Part shown: piece by piece, positions 58,292 to 64,000 of the stretch
How the letters are laid out: every line of letters begins with the position of its first letter
How positions within the stretch are numbered: position 1 is the first letter of the stretch
Assembly (NCBI GenBank): GCA_965214545.1
Contig: OZ243950.1
Coordinates: forward strand, 708,813-772,812
Length of the DNA: 64,000 nucleotides
DNA from: an uncultured candidatus Porisulfidus sp.
GTDB taxonomy: Bacteria; Pseudomonadota; Gammaproteobacteria; Poriferisulfidales; Poriferisulfidaceae
Reading direction: 5' to 3'
Position numbers and translations under genes: made by a program
Notes under the pieces: model-generated
The model's database searches: none
What the model was told of the DNA's origin: nothing
The model's input: the letters and a program-made list of their open reading frames with translations, nothing else

Positions 58292-58981
58292 ATGAAACAT
58301 TTAAACTGCATCCGTACTCTAGGGCTGTCTGCCCTGATTCTGGTCTCGGGCGGATTCGAGGCCGTCGCGCAAGACGACATCCTCGCGCCCGGATGGCGGA
58401 ACCTGAGTTACGAGCCCCCCGCGGTGGGCAGCTACCGGTTGCCTCCCATCACCCATGCCTCCGATGGGGCCGTGCTCCTGGAAGACGGCCGGGAGTCGCA
58501 GCTGTTCGACCTGATGGGCGACCGCTTCGTGCTGTTCAGCTTCATCTACACCCGATGCAGCGACATCAACGGCTGCCCGCTCGCCAACGCGGTCTTCCAC
58601 AAGCTCCAGGCGAAACTGCAAGCGCGCCCGGACATCGCCGAGGCCACGCGACTGTTATCCATGTCGTTCGACCCGGAACGCGACACCCCCGAGGTCATGC
58701 GGGAGTTCGGGAAAGGGCTCGGCGGCGACGGCGTGGACTGGCAGTTCCTCACTGCGCGGGATCGCGAGGCCCTGCAACCCATTCTGGATGACTACGGGCA
58801 ATACACCATGCGCGAATACGATGAAAGCGGCGAATACACCGGGGATTTCGCCCATATGCTGCGGGTGTTCCTGGTCGACCGCGAACTGCGCATCCGCAAC
58901 ATCTACAGCGTCGCGTTCCTGCATGCCGACATCCTGATCAACGACCTGGAGACTCTCCTCCTGGAGTCTCCTTCCAGCTGA
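58292..58981 (+). CDS. SCO1/SenC-family copper chaperone (thioredoxin fold, CxxxC)
   Basis: FVLFSFIYTRCSDINGCP motif. N-terminal signal/anchor MKHLNCIRTLGLSALILVSG. Confidence 0.8.
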   Translation: MKHLNCIRTLGLSALILVSGGFEAVAQDDILAPGWRNLSYEPPAVGSYRLPPITHASDGAVLLEDGRESQLFDLMGDRFVLFSFIYTRCSDINGCPLANAVFHKLQAKLQARPDIAEATRLLSMSFDPERDTPEVMREFGKGLGGDGVDWQFLTARDREALQPILDDYGQYTMREYDESGEYTGDFAHMLRVFLVDRELRIRNIYSVAFLHADILINDLETLLLESPSS

Positions 58982-58989
58982 CCCCCGCC

Positions 58990-60354
58990 ATGCGCCCCTC
59001 GGCACGGATGCGCCCTCGCACCCTTGTCGCGGCCTTTGCCGCGGCTGGTTTTTGCGCCCTCGCCCTCGCCGAGACCAGCGGCGAGCTGGACGCCCCGGAA
59101 GAATTCGACGCCGGCCACACGCAGGGGCCGGGAGACGTCAAGGACGGCTACGAAAGCAAGGATTACGAGACCCGCTCGCGCAGCCTGCTGAAGCGGCGGG
59201 GCATCAAGAAGGACCTGATCCGTTTTGCCCAGAACCCGCCGTTGGGCCTGCCGCCGATCCCGATCCCGGCTGAAAACCCGCTGACCCGCGCCAAGATCGA
59301 CCTCGGCCGGAAACTGTTCTTCGATCGTCGCCTGTCGATCAACGACACCTTCGCCTGCGCAACCTGCCACATCCCGGAGCAGGGCTTCACCAACAACGAG
59401 ATGCGCACCGCGGTCGGCGTGGAAGGCCGCTCGGTGCTGCGCAACTCTCCCACGCTCTACAACGTCGCCTACCTGACGCGGCTGTTCCTGGACGGGCGTG
59501 AAATCAGCCTGGAAAACCAGGTCTGGCAGCCGATCACCGCACACAACGAAATGGCGGCGCCCTCGATCGGCTGGATCATCAACAAGATCGGCCGCATGCG
59601 CGACTACGACGGCTTGTTCGAGAAGGCCTTCGACGGCACCGGCCCGACCATACTCACGATCGGCTGGGCACTGGCCAGCTACCAGCGCACCCTGCTGGCG
59701 GCCGACTCGCCGTTCGACCGGTGGTATTTCGGCAACCAGACCGACGCGGTCGACGAATCCGTCAAGCGCGGCTTCGGGGTGTTCTCAGGGAAAGCCCAGT
59801 GCATCGTGTGCCACACCATGCAGAAGGAGTCCGCCCTGTTCACCGACCAGAAATTCCACAATACGGGCCTGGGCTACATGATCTCGTTCAGCAAGGGCGC
59901 CAAGGACGCGCCCAAGACCACCCGCGTCCAGCTCGCCCCCGGCGTGTTCGTGGACGTCTCGAACGAGAAGATCAAGGCCGTCTCGCAACAGAAACTGCCG
60001 AACGATCTCGGCTTGTACCGGGTCACCGAAAACCCGAACGACCGCTGGCGGTTCCGGACCCAGAGCCTGCGCAACGTGGAACTGACCGCCCCCTACATGC
60101 ACAACGGCACGTTCGACACCCTGCGCGAAGTCATCGACTTCTACGACCAGGGCGGCATCCCGAACGAGTTGCTGTCTCCCTTCATCGCTCCGCTCAACCT
60201 CAGCGAACAAGACAAGCAGGACCTGGAAGCCTTCCTGCTCTCCCTGACCGGCCGCACCGTCCCGGAGATCGTGGCCGATGCCTTCGCCGCGCCGATCGGC
60301 GACCTGAGCCTGGAAGACCCCAACTGGGCGCACGAAGAAACGCTGGGATACTGA
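58990..60354 (+). CDS. di-haem cytochrome c peroxidase / MauG-family protein
   Basis: Two CxxCH motifs (CATCH, CIVCH) with CCP/MauG-like spacing. Signal peptide present. Confidence 0.8.
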   Translation: MRPSARMRPRTLVAAFAAAGFCALALAETSGELDAPEEFDAGHTQGPGDVKDGYESKDYETRSRSLLKRRGIKKDLIRFAQNPPLGLPPIPIPAENPLTRAKIDLGRKLFFDRRLSINDTFACATCHIPEQGFTNNEMRTAVGVEGRSVLRNSPTLYNVAYLTRLFLDGREISLENQVWQPITAHNEMAAPSIGWIINKIGRMRDYDGLFEKAFDGTGPTILTIGWALASYQRTLLAADSPFDRWYFGNQTDAVDESVKRGFGVFSGKAQCIVCHTMQKESALFTDQKFHNTGLGYMISFSKGAKDAPKTTRVQLAPGVFVDVSNEKIKAVSQQKLPNDLGLYRVTENPNDRWRFRTQSLRNVELTAPYMHNGTFDTLREVIDFYDQGGIPNELLSPFIAPLNLSEQDKQDLEAFLLSLTGRTVPEIVADAFAAPIGDLSLEDPNWAHEETLGY

Positions 60355-60355
60355 C

Positions 60356-60859
60356 ATGAAGCCCCGCATCGCCCTGCTGCTCTGCGGCATGCTCGTCGTC
60401 GGCGCGACCGCGTGCAGTGACGAACCGGGATTGATGGAGGACGCCTCCGGCAAGCCGGCTCCGGATTTCACGCTTCCGGATCGGGACGGCCAGCCCTGGT
60501 CACTGGCCCAGGCCCGCGGCCAGGTCCTGCTGATCAACTTTTGGGCCACCTGGTGCGAACCCTGCCGGCGCGAGATGCCTGCGCTGAACCGGCTCCATGA
60601 GGCCATGGCCGGCACGGGGTTCCAGGTCATCGGCATCCATGTCGGCCCGAGCCAGGAGATCGGACAGTTCCTCGAAGAGACGCCCGTCAGCTTTCCGATC
60701 CTGATCGACGCGGATCTGGCCCTGGCGGACTGGAACGTTCCGATGCTGCCCGCAACTTTTCTGATCGATGCGCAAGGGCAGGCCCGTTACTGGGCGATCG
60801 GCGAGCGGGAATGGGATTCGCCGGGGGCCGTGGAGTTCTTCACCGCGGCCCTGGACTGA
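60356..60859 (+). CDS. TlpA/ResA-like thiol:disulfide oxidoreductase lipoprotein
   Basis: Lipobox GATAC followed by a thioredoxin WCEPC motif (LINFWATWCEPCRREMP). Confidence 0.75.
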   Translation: MKPRIALLLCGMLVVGATACSDEPGLMEDASGKPAPDFTLPDRDGQPWSLAQARGQVLLINFWATWCEPCRREMPALNRLHEAMAGTGFQVIGIHVGPSQEIGQFLEETPVSFPILIDADLALADWNVPMLPATFLIDAQGQARYWAIGEREWDSPGAVEFFTAALD

Positions 60860-60893
60860 GCCGCGACGCGGCCTGAACATCCTCGCGACGGGA

Positions 60894-61721
60894 TCAGTCG
60901 CCCGCTTCGGCCAGCAGGGCTTGCGTCAAGTCCAGGGCCTGCCGGTTCTGCCACACGTCGTGGACCCGGAAGATGCGCGCGCCCGCACAGAGCCCCCAAC
61001 CCGTCGTCACCACGGTCGCCGGTACCCTCTGGCCCGGATCGGAAGCCCCGGAGATCTCGCCCATGAACCGCTTGCGCGACGTCCCGAGCAGCACCGGGTA
61101 ACCCAGTTCGACGATCGTCTTCAACTGCGCGATCAGTTGCAGGTTGTCCGTCGTGCGCTTGCCGAACCCAATGCCCGGGTCGACGATGATCTGCCCGGGT
61201 TTCGCGCCCGCCTGCTGTGCTGCCTCGGCCCGTTCCTCCAGGAATCCACGGACTTCCCCGACGGCATCGGCGTACCGGGGGTCGTCCTGCATCGTCTTGG
61301 GCGTCCCCTGCATGTGCATCAGGCAGTACGGCACGCCCCGCTCGGCCACCAGCGCGAACATGTCCGGATCGTCGCGCCCCGCGGAAATATCGTTGACCAT
61401 GCCCGCACCCGCATCCAGTGCCGCGCAAGCCACGTCACTCAAGGTGGTATCCACGCTGACCACCACGTCCTCCGGGACCGCCTGGCCGACTTGTTCCACG
61501 ACATCCAGGATGCGCCGCTTCTGTTCGGCCGCATCCACCCGGTCCGAGCCCGGCCGGGTCGACTCGCCGCCGATATCGATCAGCGTCGCCCCTTCGTCCA
61601 CCATTTCCAGCGCCCGGGCCAGGGCCCGGTCGGTGGAGGGATAGGCTCCGCCGTCGGAGAAACTGTCCGGTGTGACATTGAGAATCCCCATGATTCGGGG
61701 AATCTGGAAAAAGTTATCCAT
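60894..61721 (-). CDS. folP: dihydropteroate synthase
   Basis: MGILNVTPDSFSDGG...IDIGGESTRPG motifs. Confidence 0.9.
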   Translation of the reverse strand: MDNFFQIPRIMGILNVTPDSFSDGGAYPSTDRALARALEMVDEGATLIDIGGESTRPGSDRVDAAEQKRRILDVVEQVGQAVPEDVVVSVDTTLSDVACAALDAGAGMVNDISAGRDDPDMFALVAERGVPYCLMHMQGTPKTMQDDPRYADAVGEVRGFLEERAEAAQQAGAKPGQIIVDPGIGFGKRTTDNLQLIAQLKTIVELGYPVLLGTSRKRFMGEISGASDPGQRVPATVVTTGWGLCAGARIFRVHDVWQNRQALDLTQALLAEAGD

Positions 61722-61762
61722 CAGTCGATATAGACGGACGAGGGCAACCGGTCACGACATGC

Positions 61763-62029
61763 TCATTTCGCCAAGACCCTCAACACCTCGCGGTCATCGT
61801 CCATGACTTTATCCGCGTGCGCCATTTGGCGTTCAAACTCGGGATCGTACGGAGTCAGCCGATAGCTGCCATCCGGTGCCTGGGTCATATACAGGGTGTC
61901 GCCCTTCTTAATTCCGGGATGCGCCATCGCCTCTTTGGGCAAGATGATGCCGGCAGAAGAACCCACCGTTACTTTAAGAGACAGCATGATATTCCGTGAG
62001 GGGCCCAACAATAAAATCAGCCTATTCAC
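61763..62029 (-). CDS. AbrB/MazE/SpoVT-family swapped-hairpin DNA-binding protein (antitoxin-like, no cognate toxin adjacent)
   Basis: LSLKVTVGSSAGIILPKEAMAHPGIKKGDTLYMTQAPDGSYRLTP matches the MazE/AbrB looped-hinge-helix pattern. The functional start is probably MLSLK... at 61987. Confidence 0.55.
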   Translation of the reverse strand: MNRLILLLGPSRNIMLSLKVTVGSSAGIILPKEAMAHPGIKKGDTLYMTQAPDGSYRLTPYDPEFERQMAHADKVMDDDREVLRVLAK

Positions 62030-62073
62030 TAATTATTATAGAGAAAGCCATGCGGCCCCTTCCCGGCCGGAAG

Positions 62074-62149
62074 TGGTGGGCCATCAGGGACTCGAACCCC
62101 GAACCTGCTGATTAAGAGTCAGTTGCTCTACCAATTGAGCTAATGGCCC
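62074..62149 (-). tRNA. tRNA-Lys (anticodon CUU)
   Basis: Reverse complement GGGCCATTAGCTCAATTGGTAGAGCAACTGACTCTTAATCAGCAGGTTCGGGGTTCGAGTCCCTGATGGCCCACCA. Cloverleaf folds; anticodon loop CTCTTAA. Confidence 0.85.
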
Positions 62150-62158
62150 ATCCTCGGA

Positions 62159-62235
62159 TGGGGTGAGCGACGGGATTTGAACCCGCGACCTCAGGAGCCA
62201 CAATCCTGTGCTCTACCGACTGAGCTACGCTCACC
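62159..62235 (-). tRNA. tRNA-His (anticodon GUG, with G-1)
   Basis: Reverse complement GGTGAGCGTAGCTCAGTCGGTAGAGCACAGGATTGTGGCTCCTGAGGTCGCGGGTTCAAATCCCGTCGCTCACCCCA. Confidence 0.9.
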
Positions 62236-62246
62236 GACGACCGACT

Positions 62247-62322
62247 GGCGCGCCCGGCAGGACTCGAACCTGCGACCCTCGGTTTAGAAGACCGATGCTC
62301 TAATCCACTGAGCTACGGGCGC
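62247..62322 (-). tRNA. tRNA-Arg (anticodon UCU)
   Basis: Reverse complement GCGCCCGTAGCTCAGTGGATTAGAGCATCGGTCTTCTAAACCGAGGGTCGCAGGTTCGAGTCCTGCCGGGCGCGCCA. Confidence 0.9.
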
Positions 62323-62358
62323 CATCATCCTTGAGTCGAGGCTCCGGACGCTGTCTGC

Positions 62359-62435
<77 letters not shown>

Positions 62436-62491
62436 CCGTGCGAAGTTTATCAGATGACCGGCCCGGGACGCCGGGACCGTGCGCTTTGGGC

Positions 62492-63850
62492 TTACGCCTT
62501 CCTGAAGCGCCAGCCGTACATCACCCGCCCGTAAAAGTTGAAATACTTCCGCGCTTCGGGGTCTTCGAACGGATAGTCCGCCCCGAGTTGCCGCGCCGCC
62601 GCAAGGCCCGTCACGAAACAGGTCTCCTGGCTGTTGATCAGGGTGTGGGCACCGCAGTGCCAGGTCCGCCGCTTGCCCTGGACGAAACGGAACATCGGAA
62701 CCAGCACGGTAACGTGGCGCACGTCGTGCACGATGTGCTGGAACCACCACTTCTTGATGATTTTGCCCTCGTCGATGCGGCTGATCGGGTTGTAGGTCAC
62801 CAGGCACGGCTTGTCCGAGCGCTTCACCCACGGTTGCTGGTTGTGCATGATGTAGGTGATTTCGTAGTTGTCGGGCCGGACGCCGTATTGCTCGATGTGG
62901 TTGCTGCGGGTGTCGAGCTCCTTGACCTCGGTGTCCGGAAGAACCGAGGCGTCCGAATGGATCACCGTGTGGTTGTGCAGTTCGCTCTCGTAGCGGATCG
63001 AAGAGAGCAGCCATCGCTCAAGGAGGGTCGGCTGGTCCAGCATCATCAGCGTTTGGTTCGCGTTGCACGCGAAAATCACTTCGTCAAATGTCTCTCTCTG
63101 TCCGTTTTCGTCTTCGACGACGACATCGGAGGCGCCCCGATACACTTTCCGGACCGGCCGGCCGAGATAGATCTTGTCCTGAAAGTCAGCCGACAGCTCC
63201 CGGTAGATCCGCTGGGTGCCCTGGTCCCAGGTGTACATCGGCGTCGCCCGCTCGATATCGAAGAACTCCAGGTACCGGGCAAACAAGGCCGCCGGCATGT
63301 CGAACACGTTCGTGGCCATCAGGAAATTGACGAACAGGGGCTTCAGGACCTTGTACCGGAAATCCCCGGACAAGCCACCCAGGTTGAGCACCGTGCCCAT
63401 GCTGACGTAGTTGAACGGGTTGAGGGCATTGAGCAGCTTGGACCGGGACCGGCTGAGCCACCCGAACCATTTGAGACGTTTCAGGATCCTCTGGAATTTC
63501 TCGATTTCCGGTTGCAACTGCCTCCGGATGTCGGAATCGAAATCATGCGCGTAGACACCGCCGTGGTACTTCACGCTGTAACTGAACCGGGTGTCCACCA
63601 ACTCGATCCCGTACTGCTGCAGGACCAGGAGGATATGGTGGTAGACCGTGGGGATGCACGCGGTGACGGAAATATCGAACGGGATCGAGGTCCCGTCGTC
63701 CTGCGGCATCTCGACCGTCACGGCATTGCCGCCGAGCCGGTCCTGCGCCTCGAACAACCGGAAATCGAACCGCTCGGGGTCTCGGTTCAACGCCCAGGCC
63801 GCGCCCAGCCCGGACACCCCCCCACCGATGATCGCAATTTTTTTCGGCAT
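62492..63850 (-). CDS. FAD/NAD(P)-binding amine-oxidase-like oxidoreductase (COG2907-type)
   Basis: N-terminal IAIIGGGVSGLGAAWAL dinucleotide-binding motif, 452 aa. This family is typically found next to cfa-type lipid-modification genes. Confidence 0.75.
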   Translation of the reverse strand: MPKKIAIIGGGVSGLGAAWALNRDPERFDFRLFEAQDRLGGNAVTVEMPQDDGTSIPFDISVTACIPTVYHHILLVLQQYGIELVDTRFSYSVKYHGGVYAHDFDSDIRRQLQPEIEKFQRILKRLKWFGWLSRSRSKLLNALNPFNYVSMGTVLNLGGLSGDFRYKVLKPLFVNFLMATNVFDMPAALFARYLEFFDIERATPMYTWDQGTQRIYRELSADFQDKIYLGRPVRKVYRGASDVVVEDENGQRETFDEVIFACNANQTLMMLDQPTLLERWLLSSIRYESELHNHTVIHSDASVLPDTEVKELDTRSNHIEQYGVRPDNYEITYIMHNQQPWVKRSDKPCLVTYNPISRIDEGKIIKKWWFQHIVHDVRHVTVLVPMFRFVQGKRRTWHCGAHTLINSQETCFVTGLAAARQLGADYPFEDPEARKYFNFYGRVMYGWRFRKA

Positions 63851-64000
63851 GCCGCTCCCACTTCGCGCGTGGCGACTCCTGCCGCCGTCCGCGATGTCCT
63901 CCCGTGACGTTCGATGCCAAGCCCGGCATCTGTTACGGGCAAATTATACGCAATGGGCCGGGAGCCGGTTTTCTGGACAGGTTTTCTGGACAGGAGGGAA

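Noticed and set aside
60860-60893. GCCGCGACGCGGC hairpin between convergent tlpA and folP as a bidirectional terminator
   Set aside because: Stem only 5 bp with no flanking T/A runs; too weak to call.

Overview
High-GC (about 65-68%) proteobacterial chromosomal segment, most likely from a gammaproteobacterium. Most of it is conserved core genome in near-canonical order: orn; yrbG-kdsD-kdsC-lptC/A-lptB followed by hpf-ptsN-rapZ-EIIA-npr-ptsI; mgtE; kdsA-pyrG; tilS-accA-dnaE-rnhB; gnnA-gnnB-lpxB; lpxA-fabZ-lpxD-skp-bamA-rseP-dxr-cdsA-uppS-frr-pyrH-tsf-rpsB; an mtoX-sco1-mauG-tlpA operon; folP; a four-tRNA cluster (Pro-Arg-His-Lys). Several accessory insertions interrupt this backbone. (1) RelB/YafQ and HicB/HicA toxin-antitoxin pairs flank an MMPL/RND exporter. 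(2) rpoN is missing from its expected place between lptB and hpf. In its position is a 6.3 kb block that encodes an AAA-ATPase/PD-(D/E)XK protein, SecB, two P4H/PKHD-type 2OG-Fe(II) oxygenases, and a collagen-like (Gly-Pro-Pro)n protein that ends in a YadA-type trimeric-autotransporter anchor. The collagen gene is preceded by a 20-nt poly-G tract. A signal-peptide ankyrin-repeat protein completes the block. (3) A low-GC islet sits between lpxB and lpxA. It carries a Dam-family MTase, a small ORF, an XRE HTH gene and two phage-like small genes, and its distal part is flanked by 47-bp direct repeats. (4) A poly-Gly lipoprotein with a TbpB-like C-terminal beta-barrel lies downstream of a NarL-type two-component system and a Cys-less IscA-like gene; a 14-nt poly-G tract sits in its upstream region. 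The candidate I rate most novel is the collagen-like trimeric autotransporter with its hydroxylase pair, because it appears to be phase-variable. Other unusual features are an in-frame LptC-LptA fusion, gnnA/gnnB next to lpxB (implying GlcN3N lipid A), and a recurring 20-24 bp motif at accessory-gene junctions.
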